Numbered from the stretch's first letter, positions 9,867 to 20,302 are shown. The stretch: DNA of 64,000 nt from Candidatus Methanomethylophilaceae archaeon (GCA_944320495.1 CALUHR010000009.1:32001-96000); one strand, 5' to 3'. The notes: a model not told the origin generated them from the sequence alone. Program-made: numbers and translations.

Positions 9867-10198
9867 TGCCGAGATGGGTCGGATGGGCGCTGCTGGCGGT
9901 CGGCATAATCTGGTTCTTCTGCTCGCCGGCGGTCATCGTGATCTACGGTCCGATAGGCATCCCCGTGCTCTTCGTCTCGTTCGTCCCTCTGATCCTGGGT
10001 TCCCTGATCATATCGGGGATGACCGGCAGATGGGCACCGCAGGTCTCCGTTCCAGCGGAGGATGCCCCGTCGGCCGAAGAGACGGACGGCGATGCCGACC
10101 TGGCCGCATCCGGATACTGTCCGTTCTGCGGATCGGTTGTCGAGGAATCCGACAGGACATGCGCCGTATGCGGAAGGTCGCTGCGCGGCAAGAGGCGA
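9866..10198 (+). CDS. Membrane protein with C-terminal zinc ribbon; ends at CGA 10196-10198 (standard-code end 10327)
   Basis: 2 TM plus CPFCG...CAVCGRSLRGKR. Confidence 0.8.
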
Positions 10199-10240
10199 CG
10201 GGAGCATCGCCGGATCCTGGGAGAATCCAAGGGGTTTGGG

Positions 10241-10267
10241 CCTCCGCCGGACGGATGCCGGCGGAGG
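10241..10267. terminator. 10-bp perfect hairpin between convergent genes
   Basis: CCTCCGCCGG-ACGGATG-CCGGCGGAGG. Confidence 0.65.
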
Positions 10268-10275
10268 GATGGGTA

Positions 10276-11688
10276 TCAGAAGGCCTTGGCCTTCTTGGAC
10301 TCGTACACGGCGCGGATGGCCTTGTAGAGCATGTACACGTCCATCTTGGCGGTGACCTCGATTGGCGCGTGCATGGACAGCACAGGGACGCCGATGTCCA
10401 CGGTGTCGATGCTGTGGATGGAGATCTCGGACGCGATGGTGCCCCCTCCGCCCAGGTCGATCTTCCCGAGCTCGCCGATCTGCCACCTGACGCCGGCATC
10501 CCTGAAGATGGAGATGACGTAATCCATCATCTCGGCGGACGCGTCGTTGGTCGAGTACTTGCCGCGGGATCCGTCGTACTTGGCGAGGCAGGGTCCCATG
10601 TTCATGAAGCAGCAGTTGTTCCTCTCCATGACGTCGGGGAAGGCGGGGTCGAACCCGGCGCTGACGTCGCACGAGAGGCAGACGGAGTTCCTCATGACGT
10701 CGCGGACCTCCGCGCCCTCGTCCTGGGCCAGGTCCTCGATGAAGTCCCTGAAGAAGAAGGACCTCATCCCGGTGACACCGTCGGACCCGGTCTCCTCCTT
10801 GTCCGCGAATATGGTCACGGTGGTGTACTCGGGGTTCTTGGTGTCCAGCTCGGCCATGAACTCGGCGTAGGCGCAGGAGCTGTCGTCCTGGCCGTAGGCG
10901 GCGATCATGGATCTGTCGAGCCCGAGGTCCCTCGGCTTGAACGCGGGGACGGCGCAGAGCTCGGCGGTCTCGAAGTCGTCCTCGGTGATGCCGTACTTGT
11001 CGTTGAGGATCTTCATGATCGCGAGCTTCACCCTCTCCTTGACCTTGTCGTCCTCGTAGGGGAGGGAGCCGATCAGGAGGTTCATCTGCTCGCCCTCGAT
11101 GACCTCGGAGGCGCCCTTGCGCATCTGATTCTGTGCGAGGTGCGGCAGGAGGTCCGTGATGAGGAACGCCGGCTCGTCATCCTCCTCGCCGATCCTGACC
11201 TTGACGGTCTCACCCTTCTTCGTGTACACGACTCCGCGGATGGAGAGCGGGATGGTGGTCCACTGGTACTTCTTGATCCCGCCGTAGTAGTGGGTCTTGA
11301 AGTAGGCCATCGCCCCGTCCTCGAACAGGGGGTGGGGCTTGAAGTCCAGCCTGGGGCTGTCGATGTGTGCGACGGTGACGCGGACGCCCTCGGACACCGG
11401 CCTCTTGCCCTTGGTGCACATGAGGATGGTCTTGTTGCGGTTGACCTTGTAGAACTTGGATCCGGCCTTCAGCTTGGATCCGCGGGCATACTCCCTGTAC
11501 CCGTGCTCCTCCAGTATCGGGAGCACGTAGTCGACGACCTCGCGCTCGGTCTTGTACGAGAGGAACTCCTTGTATCCCTCGCAGAACTCGTCGGCGTCCC
11601 TGAATGATTTGGGGGACTCCTCCGGGAGGCTCTTGCGGTTGGTGAGTATGTTCTCGGCCAGCTCCTGGCCCTTGCTCTTCTTCACCAT
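10276..11688 (-). CDS. M18 family aminopeptidase
   Basis: AHIDSPRL, YYGGIKKYQW, GQDDSSC, DKEETGS and SMHAPIE motifs. An alternative ATG lies at 11709. Confidence 0.92.
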   Translation of the reverse strand: MVKKSKGQELAENILTNRKSLPEESPKSFRDADEFCEGYKEFLSYKTEREVVDYVLPILEEHGYREYARGSKLKAGSKFYKVNRNKTILMCTKGKRPVSEGVRVTVAHIDSPRLDFKPHPLFEDGAMAYFKTHYYGGIKKYQWTTIPLSIRGVVYTKKGETVKVRIGEEDDEPAFLITDLLPHLAQNQMRKGASEVIEGEQMNLLIGSLPYEDDKVKERVKLAIMKILNDKYGITEDDFETAELCAVPAFKPRDLGLDRSMIAAYGQDDSSCAYAEFMAELDTKNPEYTTVTIFADKEETGSDGVTGMRSFFFRDFIEDLAQDEGAEVRDVMRNSVCLSCDVSAGFDPAFPDVMERNNCCFMNMGPCLAKYDGSRGKYSTNDASAEMMDYVISIFRDAGVRWQIGELGKIDLGGGGTIASEISIHSIDTVDIGVPVLSMHAPIEVTAKMDVYMLYKAIRAVYESKKAKAF

Positions 11689-11746
11689 GCGGACCCGTAG
11701 GGTCGCCATCTATACCCGTCTTTCGATGGTATCCTCGGCGACCGCG

Positions 11747-12511
11747 TCGTATCGAGGACGCCTCCCAGGGCGGCACCCAGGAGATCCCGTGGATGTCCAG
11801 GCGGTCGGGTGACACGATCACGGTCCTGTCATCCGGATGGCTCTCGAGATATTCCCTGAGGCTTCTGGCGTAGGCGCGGCTGCGAGGTTCGATCTGGACT
11901 GCGACCGCACTTCCATCCATGCTGTCGACGGTGAACGCCTCGGCGCGGTTGCCCGACCTCCAGCACGCGAGTTCCGGATGCACCCTGCGCATCTCGAGCA
12001 GGACTGCTGACACGGTCATGGCGTCCAGGAGGCTTTCCGGTTCGTAGCCGGGGGATGTTCCCGCCAGAACCCTCATGATCCCTGTGTCCGAGCAGAGCAG
12101 GATGGAACCCGCCCGAGATCCCTTCGAGAATATCGGGATCTCGACCGTGGCACCGGAGCTCTCCAGCGCATCCAGCGGTCCGCGCAGGTCCCTGAGGCGG
12201 AGCCCCGGGGAAACGCTCCCGTACATGAACTTCCGGTTGTTCCCCGACAGCTGCCTCGGTATGCTGCGGAGGATCCACAGGCATTTGGCGGAGAAGGCCT
12301 CGCCCCGCTCATCCGCGATGGAGTCCTCGAGATCATCCAGGATACATGAGAGCACCTCGTCCACGGAAGCGATGTCGCGCGTCTCAGCCCAGGCATCCAC
12401 GGCCTTCGGGATGCCGCCTACGGCGATGTATTCGTCGAAAAGCGTGCGCATGTCCGCGGGACCGTCCGATCCGTCGGCACCCAGCCTGGAGACGAACTCT
12501 CCGAACGGCAT
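11747..12511 (-). pseudogene. DUF4143-type C-terminal part of an AAA+ ATPase, lacking the P-loop domain; ends at CGA 11749-11747
   Basis: PMPFGEF, EYIAVGGIP, SIPRQLS..N.KF.Y and DTG motifs. No Walker A upstream; the mtnP gene lies directly upstream. Confidence 0.65.
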
Positions 12512-12621
12512 GGGGTCGGGGATGCCCCGGAGTGGACTTGGTGTCGAGCGTTGCACAAGTTGCGCAACGATGAGCAACCTAAAGAATGATGGCCCGGGGC
12601 GGATGCCCCGGGTGAAGAGGT

Positions 12622-13398
12622 TCAGATGGCTCCGCAACCTTTGGCGGCGCCGATGCACTCCTGGCATCCGTCCCCGATCTTGGGGAGGCCGCGCTCCAGG
12701 AGCATGAGGACGTTGTTGAGGCACTCGGCCATTGTCCTGTTTACCATGTCGATGTCCACGGGCTCGTCCTTCCAGACGTCATAGTCCGTGATGGTGGCGA
12801 GGCTGCAGTAGCACAGGCCGAGCTCCCTGGCGAGCTGGCACTCGGGGACCACGGTCATGCCGATGATGTCGGCGAAGTGCCTGAACATGTTGCTCTCCGC
12901 CATGGTGGAGAACCTGGGTCCTTCGATGCAGAGGTAGGTTCCTCCGAGGTGGTGCTTGAGGCCGAGCTCGGTGGCCGTGGCGTCGAAGATGCCGTTCAGA
13001 TACGGGCAGAACGGGTCCGGGATGGAGATGTGGACCGCCCTGTCGTCGAAGTAGGTGTAGTCGCGCCTCTTGGTGAAGTCGATGAACTGGTCGGCGATGA
13101 CGAGGTCCCCGGGGGCGTAGTCCTCCTGCAGGGATCCGACGGCGCAGGCGGAGATGACGTACTTGCATCCCAGCTCCTTCAGCGCCCACATGTTGGCCCT
13201 GTAGGGGACGTTGGTCGGGGGGTGCTGGTGCTGCTTGCCGTGGCGGTAGAGGAACGCGACCTCCACGCCGTTAATCCTGCCTATGAGTATGGGGTCGGAG
13301 GGTTTGCCGTACGGGGTGTCGGGGAAGACCTCCTCGATCATCTCGAAGGTGTCCGGGTTGTAGATCCCGGTGCCTCCGATGATAGCTATCTTGGGCAT
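12622..13398 (-). CDS. mtnP: S-methyl-5'-thioadenosine/thioinosine phosphorylase
   Basis: IIGGTG, TPYGKPS, RHG..H..PP, EGPRFST and GMTVVPE motifs. Confidence 0.93.
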   Translation of the reverse strand: MPKIAIIGGTGIYNPDTFEMIEEVFPDTPYGKPSDPILIGRINGVEVAFLYRHGKQHQHPPTNVPYRANMWALKELGCKYVISACAVGSLQEDYAPGDLVIADQFIDFTKRRDYTYFDDRAVHISIPDPFCPYLNGIFDATATELGLKHHLGGTYLCIEGPRFSTMAESNMFRHFADIIGMTVVPECQLARELGLCYCSLATITDYDVWKDEPVDIDMVNRTMAECLNNVLMLLERGLPKIGDGCQECIGAAKGCGAI

Positions 13399-13433
13399 GT
13401 CCGGTTTATTGTGACGCTGATAATAATATGATT

Positions 13434-13472
13434 GGAACGCGGACCGCTCACTTGTTGAAGGGTCCGCGTTCC
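13434..13472. terminator. 12-bp perfect inverted repeat downstream of the hisB-F-IE-PHP block
   Basis: GGAACGCGGACC-N15-GGTCCGCGTTCC. Confidence 0.6.
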
Positions 13473-13485
13473 TGGAACGGTTTCA

Positions 13486-14136
13486 TCAGGCGATGTGCCT
13501 GGTGGCCTCGTAGGGCGTGACGTGGAGGGCCCTCTCGGCCTCCTCCGGGGTCATGCCGGCCCCGAGGGCGACGACCAGCGCGGCCTTCTCGTCCATCAGG
13601 TTCTCCGGCGCGTGGGTGTCGGAGTCGATGACCATGTCGGCGCCCACGGCGCGGGCCATGTTGACGACGTGCCCGTTGGTGATGTTGTGCCCCATGCGGC
13701 CCGTGACCTCGATGAGGACGCCGTTGTCCTTGGCGAGCTGGGTCTCCTCAAGGGTGATGAACCCGGGGTGGGCGAGGACGTCGATCTCCGGATCCTCGGC
13801 GGACGCGCGGTTGGTGCCGGGGGCGACCGGCTCGGTGACTGTCTCCCCGTGGACCACGATCCACTCAGCCCCGTACTTCCTGGCGAGCTTGGCGACGTGC
13901 CCGATCTTGGACGGCGGGACGTGGGTGATCTCCACGCCGGGGATGACCTTGATGTAGTCCTCGCACAGCTCCACGGCCTTGGCGACGTTGGATGCGACGA
14001 ACTCCACGTTCGTCATGTCCACGTGGTCGGTGATGGCGATGACGTCGTGTCCGAGGACCATGGCCCTCCTAACCAGCTCGGCCGGGATGAGCTCCCCGTC
14101 GCTGAAGACGGTGTGGGTGTGGAGGTCGGCCCTCAT
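13486..14136 (-). CDS. PHP-family hydrolase, probable histidinol-phosphate phosphatase
   Basis: DLHTHT..SDG, ITDH, VHGET and DSDTH motifs; ATGA overlap with hisIE. Confidence 0.8.
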   Translation of the reverse strand: MRADLHTHTVFSDGELIPAELVRRAMVLGHDVIAITDHVDMTNVEFVASNVAKAVELCEDYIKVIPGVEITHVPPSKIGHVAKLARKYGAEWIVVHGETVTEPVAPGTNRASAEDPEIDVLAHPGFITLEETQLAKDNGVLIEVTGRMGHNITNGHVVNMARAVGADMVIDSDTHAPENLMDEKAALVVALGAGMTPEEAERALHVTPYEATRHIA

Positions 14137-14738
14137 TGCGCCCTCTCCCACAGCTTGCGGTATACCTCGGACATCGGGAGGCCGGTCTTCTCGATTGCGA
14201 CCATGGTGTGGTAGATGAGGTCGGCGAGCTCCCAGGCCATCTCGTCGGTGTCCTTGTCCTTGATGGCGAGGGCGAACTCGCCGGCCTCCTCGATGACCTT
14301 CTTGCACATGCGGGTCTCGTCGTTGTACAGCTTGCAGGTGTAGCTCTCCTCGGAGGGGTTCTCGAGCCTGTCGATGAGGACGCGTCTGAGCTCAGGGATG
14401 ATCGCCATGGTCTCCTCGGTGGATCCGAGGATGACCTCGTCGAAGCAGGAGGGCTTGCCGAGGTGGCAGGCGATGCCCCCGACCTGCTCGACCCTCGCCA
14501 GGAGGGTGTCGCCGTCGCAGTCGGCCTGCAGGGATTTGATCTTCTGGAAGTGCCCGGACTCCTCGCCCTTCTTCCACATCCTCTGCCTGCTCCTGGACCA
14601 GAAGTGGGTGTATCCGGTCTCCTTCATCAGGCGGACCGCCTCCTCGTTGGCCCAGGCGACCATGAGCACCTCGTTGGTGATGTAGTCCTGGACGACCACG
14701 GGGATGAGTCCGTTCGCATCGTACTTCAGTTCGCTCAT
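14133..14738 (-). CDS. hisIE: Bifunctional phosphoribosyl-AMP cyclohydrolase / phosphoribosyl-ATP diphosphatase
   Basis: [24 protein letters not shown] and ACH motifs, followed by KKVIEEAGE and ELADL.YH. Confidence 0.93.
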   Translation of the reverse strand: MSELKYDANGLIPVVVQDYITNEVLMVAWANEEAVRLMKETGYTHFWSRSRQRMWKKGEESGHFQKIKSLQADCDGDTLLARVEQVGGIACHLGKPSCFDEVILGSTEETMAIIPELRRVLIDRLENPSEESYTCKLYNDETRMCKKVIEEAGEFALAIKDKDTDEMAWELADLIYHTMVAIEKTGLPMSEVYRKLWERAQ

Positions 14739-15487
14739 CTTACCTCGACTCCCTTGTCTCTGAGATACTGCTTGACCTCCGCCACGGTGCACTCGCCGTA
14801 GTGGAAGATCGATGCCGCGAGCGCGGCGGATGCGCCGGTCTGCGAGAACACGTCGTAGATGTGCTCCATGCTGCCGCAGCCGCCGGACGCGATGACCGGA
14901 ATGCTGACCTCGTCCGTCACGGCCGAGGTGAGCGGTATGTCGTAGCCGTTCTTGACGCCGTCCGTGTCCATGGACGTGAGGAGGATCTCCCCCGCCCCCA
15001 GGTCCTGGGCCCTCTGGGCCCATTCGATGGCGTCGATGCCGGTGCCCCTGGTGCCCCCGTGGGTGAAGACCTCCCAGTGGTCGCCCACGCGCTTCGCGTC
15101 TATGGCCACGACCACGCACTGCCTCCCGAAGCTCTCGGCGCATTCGCCGATGATGGACGGGTCCTTCACGGCGGCCGAGTTCACGGACACCTTGTCCGCC
15201 CCGGCGTTGAGCGCATCCCTCATGTCGGTCACGCTCCTGATGCCCCCTCCGACGGTCAGCGGGACGAACAGGTTGCTGGCCGTGCGTGTGACGATGTCGA
15301 GCATGGTCTGCCTCGTCTCGAGGGAGGCGGTGATGTCCAGGAAGGTGATCTCGTCGGCGCCCTGGGCCTCGTACTCCGCGGCCATGGTGGGCGGGTCCCC
15401 GACCTCCTTGAGTCCCTTGAAGTTGATCCCCTTGACGACCTTGCCCTCCTTCACGTCCAGGCAGGGTATGATCCTCTTCGCCAGCAT
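14735..15487 (-). CDS. hisF: Imidazole glycerol phosphate synthase cyclase subunit
   Basis: [24 protein letters not shown] and ALAASIFH motifs. Confidence 0.97.
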   Translation of the reverse strand: MLAKRIIPCLDVKEGKVVKGINFKGLKEVGDPPTMAAEYEAQGADEITFLDITASLETRQTMLDIVTRTASNLFVPLTVGGGIRSVTDMRDALNAGADKVSVNSAAVKDPSIIGECAESFGRQCVVVAIDAKRVGDHWEVFTHGGTRGTGIDAIEWAQRAQDLGAGEILLTSMDTDGVKNGYDIPLTSAVTDEVSIPVIASGGCGSMEHIYDVFSQTGASAALAASIFHYGECTVAEVKQYLRDKGVEVR

Positions 15488-15491
15488 GGGA

Positions 15492-16040
15492 TCACCCGAT
15501 GACCTCGCGGTCCTTGGTCGAGAGCTCGGTGCCCCTCGGCCTCACGGCCTGGGAGAGCGCCTTGCCGACGGCCTTGAACGCAGCCTCCACGATGTGGTGT
15601 TCGTCGAATCCCCTGATGACCACTATGTGCAGGGTCATCCCGGTGGACATGGCGAGGCTCCTCATGTAGTGCGTGTAGAGCGGGTCCGGGAGGTCCACGT
15701 CAGCGTACGGGCGGTCGACCAGGTCGAGGGACGCCATGACGAGGGCGTCGTCCATGGGCACCACGGCAGTGGCCATCCTCTCGATGGGGCCGTCGCCGAG
15801 GGCCTGCCTGAGGGCCTTGCCGACGGTGATGGCGCAATCCTCGATGATGTGGTGGTCGTTGTCCCCCTCCGCGCTCATCGTGAGGTCGAAGGATGCGTAC
15901 CTTGCGAGCGTCTCGGTCATGTGCTTCAGGAACTGGATGTCGCTGGTGACGTCGAAGACGCCGCTACCGTCCAGGTCCAGGGAGACCGAGATGCGGGTCT
16001 CCCTCGTGCTGCGCTCAATCTGGGACTTCCTGGCGCTCAT
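15492..16040 (-). CDS. hisB: Imidazoleglycerol-phosphate dehydratase
   Basis: RSTRET.I, HHIIED, PMDDAL and [10 protein letters not shown] motifs; TTATAA at 16067-16072. Confidence 0.95.
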   Translation of the reverse strand: MSARKSQIERSTRETRISVSLDLDGSGVFDVTSDIQFLKHMTETLARYASFDLTMSAEGDNDHHIIEDCAITVGKALRQALGDGPIERMATAVVPMDDALVMASLDLVDRPYADVDLPDPLYTHYMRSLAMSTGMTLHIVVIRGFDEHHIVEAAFKAVGKALSQAVRPRGTELSTKDREVIG

Positions 16041-16093
16041 GTTAACGTCCACGCGATGTACCGCGCTTATAAGGGCATTTCTGAGCCGATGCT

Positions 16094-16510
16094 TCGGGCC
16101 CTCTCGGAGACGATCTCGTTGGACGTCACGATGTTGAGGCGCGGGCAGTCGGCGCAGATGCCGAGGTCCCCGCTGTATCCCTCGAAGACGTACAGCGCCT
16201 TCAGCAGGCCGCTCTCCTTCACGAAGTTGCAGATTCCGCAGAGCGACTCGGTGACGTCCGCTCCGTTGGAGATCTCGTCGGCCATCCTGGCTATCTCGGC
16301 GTAGAAGTCGTCCTTGTAGGCGCTGCGGTCGATCAGGTTGTTCCCGCCCCGCATGCCCTTGAGGTACTGGGACACCGCTGCGCTTGTGACGCCGAAGAGC
16401 TTGGCCACCTGTGTCTGGGTCATGCCGTGGCTGGTCACCAGGTCCCTGGCGAGCGCTCCGCGCGCTGTGGGCAGAATGTGTGTGACTATGAGCTCGCACG
16501 GCATCTTCAT
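16094..16510 (-). CDS. Archaeal HTH transcriptional regulator (COG2522-like); ends at CGA 16096-16094 (standard-code end 16067)
   Basis: MPCE..V..ILP..R..LA, Q..VA..FGVT.AAVSQY and C..C motifs. Confidence 0.8.
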
Positions 16511-16558
16511 GAGCGGTGTAACGACGTTAACGACTTCAAGATATCGGATGCCAGCGAC

Positions 16559-17179
16559 TCACTTCGGGGCGTTCTGGATCTTGGATGAGACGGCCTGTGT
16601 CTTCCCGGAGAACGCCACCCCATACAGAACGGTCATCCCATCCATGCCGTGCGCGTAGTTCCTGTCGACGATTTGGCCCAGGGCCCTCTCGGCGGCCGAG
16701 CGTAGCTCGTCCTTCCCGATCCTGTCTCTAGTCATGCGCTTAATCTCGATGACGACGTTTGGACCGCTCCCCCTTAGACGCTTCAGTCTGATGTCGTGAC
16801 ACTCGTCGCCTGATTCGAAGTCAGCGGTGATGTCGTAGTCCCTGAAAAGGCTCATTAGAGCCCGGTCACGAACGTCTGGTACGAGTGATCGTTGTCCAGC
16901 ACCCTGCCGCTGATGGCGCTCTGGAGCAGATCCCTCGGGCACATTCTCCATGCGTCCTGTGTCGTTGCAGCGGATGGCCTTGGACAGTCCCCTCATGGAT
17001 GACGACATCCCTTCCGCATCGATTCTGCGTATGATGGTGTCCGCGAACACGCCGTACATCCCCCTATCATGTATCCTGGGGGCGTAACCCGTGTCGGTTG
17101 GTACGGCTATCAGATATCTAGAAACGCGAGCACGTTGTAGATTCCGTTGCCGGCAATCTGCAGCATCTAGACCGGATGC
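16559..17179 (-). pseudogene. Degenerate remnant of an AAA-ATPase-like / PD-(D/E)XK nuclease gene
   Basis: ESGD...DI.L, VVIEIK, ALGQIVDRNYAHG and YGVAFSGK motifs. The N-terminus is missing, the central part looks scrambled, and there is an internal CGA at 16891-16889. Confidence 0.7.
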
Positions 17180-17209
17180 CTATCCGATGCCTCCGCAAAT
17201 TATTCGTTT

Positions 17210-17229
17210 TTCCTAATTATATTTAGGAA
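17210..17229. promoter_or_regulatory. Perfect palindrome, candidate repressor operator of the ABC uptake operon
   Basis: TTCCTAA-ttatat-TTAGGAA in an AT-rich stretch about 75 nt before the SBP ATG. Confidence 0.6.
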
Positions 17230-17304
17230 TACCATAAAAATAAATATGCCCGGTCCATCCCATCGGTGTCGGGAAACGGAGGTTCATGGAAAAAGGGTGA
17301 ATCC

Positions 17305-18453
17305 ATGAACAGCAAAATAGTGGTAGCCGTGGTGGCCGTCATAATCGTGATGGCGGCTGCGGCGGCTGTAGTGTTGACCAGGGATGGTGGGGAGGACGGT
17401 ACCGTCGAGGGAGTCACCGTCACCGATAGCTCGGGACGCGAAGTGTTCGTTCCGACACCTGTGGAAAGGGTGGCCATAACCGATCCAACCATCGTAGAGA
17501 TATTCGCACAGGCTGTAGGCGAGGGCTGGGAAGACTATGTGTGCCTGCTCCCGCAGGACATCGAAACCAGGGAGCCTGCGAAGTGGGCTCTGCTCAAGGA
17601 GACCTATCCGGAACTGGCCGACGTCCCGCTCTGTGCCGATGTGTATGGAACGGGTGCAATACCTGTCGATGACATCCTCAACTCGGAGCCCGACCTGGTG
17701 CTTCTCGCCGGCGCGACGGTGAACTATCTGCCCGGAGCGGAGGAGCAGATATCGGCTCTCGGTGACATACCCTGCATCTATCTCGAATTCTACGACAAGT
17801 CGTTCACCGACGGCATCGCCGAGGCCAACTACGGCATCCTCGGGGAGATCTTCGGGACGCAGTCGGTGGCCGACAGGATCGTGGACTACTACAACGAGAA
17901 GGTCAGCATCGCGAAGGACCGCATAGCATCCGCAGACAGGTCCTTCACGTACTACGTCGAGCTCCCGGGCTCCGACCCATCCGTCTACGGCAGCGTCGTG
18001 GCCATGGGATGCCCCGAGTTCGATATCCTGGGCGGCACCAACGTGTGCAGCAATCCGGCAGGAGTCGACATGGAATGGAACATCGAGAAGATGCTCCAAT
18101 CAGGGGACGGCGGTCCGGACTACATCGTCCTCATCAGCACCCCCTACTACAACGGGCCGGCGACCCTCGGATACGGATCTACGGCCACGGCGGAAGAGAT
18201 CCAGGATTCGTTCGAACCGTACCTCGAGAGGGCCGGATGGGACAACTTGAAGGCCGTCGAGGAGGGGAACGTCATGATCAACTACGGGGAGCTGAGGAAC
18301 AGCGCCCTCGGACTCATCGACCTCTACTCCGTCGCCGCGATGATCTATCCCGATCTGTTCACACTCGAGGAGGTCGAGCAGATCGCGGAGGACCTGGACG
18401 CCATGACGCCATTCGGATTCGAGGGTGTCTGGTACTACCACGTCGGAGCCTGA
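17305..18453 (+). CDS. Iron-siderophore/cobalamin-type ABC substrate-binding protein, membrane-anchored
   Basis: N-terminal TM; VTDSSGREV..P..VERV, EPDLV and W..LKAVEEGNV motifs. Confidence 0.88.
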   Translation: MNSKIVVAVVAVIIVMAAAAAVVLTRDGGEDGTVEGVTVTDSSGREVFVPTPVERVAITDPTIVEIFAQAVGEGWEDYVCLLPQDIETREPAKWALLKETYPELADVPLCADVYGTGAIPVDDILNSEPDLVLLAGATVNYLPGAEEQISALGDIPCIYLEFYDKSFTDGIAEANYGILGEIFGTQSVADRIVDYYNEKVSIAKDRIASADRSFTYYVELPGSDPSVYGSVVAMGCPEFDILGGTNVCSNPAGVDMEWNIEKMLQSGDGGPDYIVLISTPYYNGPATLGYGSTATAEEIQDSFEPYLERAGWDNLKAVEEGNVMINYGELRNSALGLIDLYSVAAMIYPDLFTLEEVEQIAEDLDAMTPFGFEGVWYYHVGA

Positions 18454-18458
18454 TCCCA

Positions 18459-19499
18459 TTGGGGGCCACAGCCGGGCGCGAGCTATACCGCAGGATGACG
18501 AGCCGCAGGGTCGCGATGATAGCGATGTTGGCGGCGATGGCGGTGGTACTGTTCGTAGTGAACTGCACATTCTTCATGAGATGGAGCCCGCTGGAGGCCC
18601 TCCAAACCATATTCGACCCGGGTTCGGTGAGCAGGTCGCTGGATTCGGTGGTCTGGAGCTATCGCATCCCCGAGAGCTGCTTCGCCGTACTGGTGGGGGT
18701 GGCCCTCGGGATGGCCGGTGCTGAGATGCAGACGGTTCTGAACAACCCCCTGGCGGAGCCCTACACCCTGGGGATATCCATGGCGGCCGCATTCGGAGCC
18801 GCCCTGGTGATAGGCTTCGGGTTCGGGACATCGTTCCTGGGCGGCTATGCGATGATCGTCGGGGCGTTCCTCATGTCCATGGTGGCCTGCGGGGCGATCT
18901 ATGCCGTCTCCAGGAGGAGGGGATCGTCGAGGACCACCATCATACTCACCGGGGTGGCGATGCTGTTCCTGTTCCAGGCCCTGGTGAACGCCGTTCAGTC
19001 CCTGGGTGGTAAGGAGGTGTCCAATTCCATCACTTTCTGGATGTTCGGCAACCTGGCCAGGTATCCGGACGAGATGGGATACGTGCTCGTACTGCTCATC
19101 GTCGTGGTCCTTGTGGCGGCGCTGTTCGCCATGAACATGTGGAAGCTCTCAGCGCTGAAACTGGGGGATGCCAAGGTCTACAGCATGGGCGTGGACGCTT
19201 CCAGGCTCAGGAGGAACACGATCATCGGGATATCGGTGGTCACGGCGGTCGCTGTCAGCTTCACCGGAACCATCGGATTCGTCGGGCTCGTGGGCCCCCA
19301 TGTGGCCAGGATGCTCGTGGGGGACGACCAGCGCTTCCTTCTGCCGATGTCCGCGCTTTGCGGCGCGGTGTTCCTCTGCGCCTCCTCCGTGCTGATCAAG
19401 GGGCTGGACCTCAGTCTCCCGGTGGGTGTGGTCACATCTCTGATCGGCGTTCCGTTCTTCCTCTATCTCGTACTGACTCGCAGGAGGTCGCTGGCATGA
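18459..19499 (+). CDS. FecCD/BtuC-family ABC permease
   Basis: RIPE, G.EMQTVLNNPLAEPYTLGIS and GTIGFVGLVGPHVAR motifs. TTG start inferred; alternative ATG at 18495. Confidence 0.92.
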   Translation: MGATAGRELYRRMTSRRVAMIAMLAAMAVVLFVVNCTFFMRWSPLEALQTIFDPGSVSRSLDSVVWSYRIPESCFAVLVGVALGMAGAEMQTVLNNPLAEPYTLGISMAAAFGAALVIGFGFGTSFLGGYAMIVGAFLMSMVACGAIYAVSRRRGSSRTTIILTGVAMLFLFQALVNAVQSLGGKEVSNSITFWMFGNLARYPDEMGYVLVLLIVVVLVAALFAMNMWKLSALKLGDAKVYSMGVDASRLRRNTIIGISVVTAVAVSFTGTIGFVGLVGPHVARMLVGDDQRFLLPMSALCGAVFLCASSVLIKGLDLSLPVGVVTSLIGVPFFLYLVLTRRRSLA

Positions 19500-20263
19500 C
19501 ACTCAGGACCGTGAATCTGAGTTTCTCATACGGCGGAGACCGGATACTGAGGGAGGTGTCGATAGAGGCCGGTTCCGGGGTCACCGCCCTGTTGGGTCCG
19601 AACGGTGCGGGGAAGTCCACGCTAGTGAAGTGTCTGTCGGGAGTCATCCGCCCGGATGGGGGTACGGCCGAATTCAACGGCATTGACCTGCTGGATACTC
19701 GTCGCGGAAGTCTTAGAATGGGCTATCTGGCACAGGATCTTCCGGCGGTCTCGGAGACCAATGTTCTGGAGATGATGCTCCTCGGGAGGATCAACTCCCT
19801 CGGCCTCGAGGTGGGCGTGGAGGACCTGGACAAGGCTTACGGCGCATTGGAGGACGCCGGCATAGAGGATCTGGCGGCCAGGGACTTTAATGAACTCAGC
19901 GGTGGGCAGCGTCAGATGGTCATGGCCGCCCAGTGTCTCGTCGACGATCCCGATCTGATAATACTTGACGAGCCGACGAACAACCTGGACATCCGCAGGG
20001 AGTTGGATTTGTTCGAGATGATGACCCGTTACACGGAGGAGCACGGCATCACCACACTGATGGTCCTGCACGATGTGAATTATGCCTCCAGGTTCGCGGG
20101 AAATGTCGTCGTTATGAGGGATGGCAAGGTGTATTCCACCGGCACTCCTGAGGAGGTCATCACGGAGGGGATGCTCCGCGATGTCTACGGCGTCGAGGCC
20201 AAAGTGGGGAGAGATGTCTTCGGGAATCCCCATGTGGAGGTCCTCCATTCGATCCGTCTCCGA
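19496..20263 (+). CDS. FepC/BtuD-type ABC ATPase; ends at CGA 20261-20263 (the standard code fuses it to the next gene)
   Basis: GPNGAGKS, LSGGQRQ, LDEPTNNLD and VLHD motifs; 255 aa up to the CGA. Confidence 0.88.
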
Positions 20264-20302
20264 TCCCATTCCACAGTCCAAACACGATCGGAAGTGTATG
20301 TT

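Noticed and set aside
9847-11607. Long antisense or alternate-frame ORFs (e.g. 9847-11607, 14952-16304, 26238-27554, 42267-43730, 47431-49251)
   Set aside because: Shadow ORFs of GC-rich coding DNA, lying over well-supported genes and lacking recognisable motifs.
16889-16891. In-frame CGA inside the PD-(D/E)XK ORF as a counter-example to the CGA stop
   Set aside because: It lies in a truncated, degenerate remnant with atypical codon use, so it says nothing about decoding.
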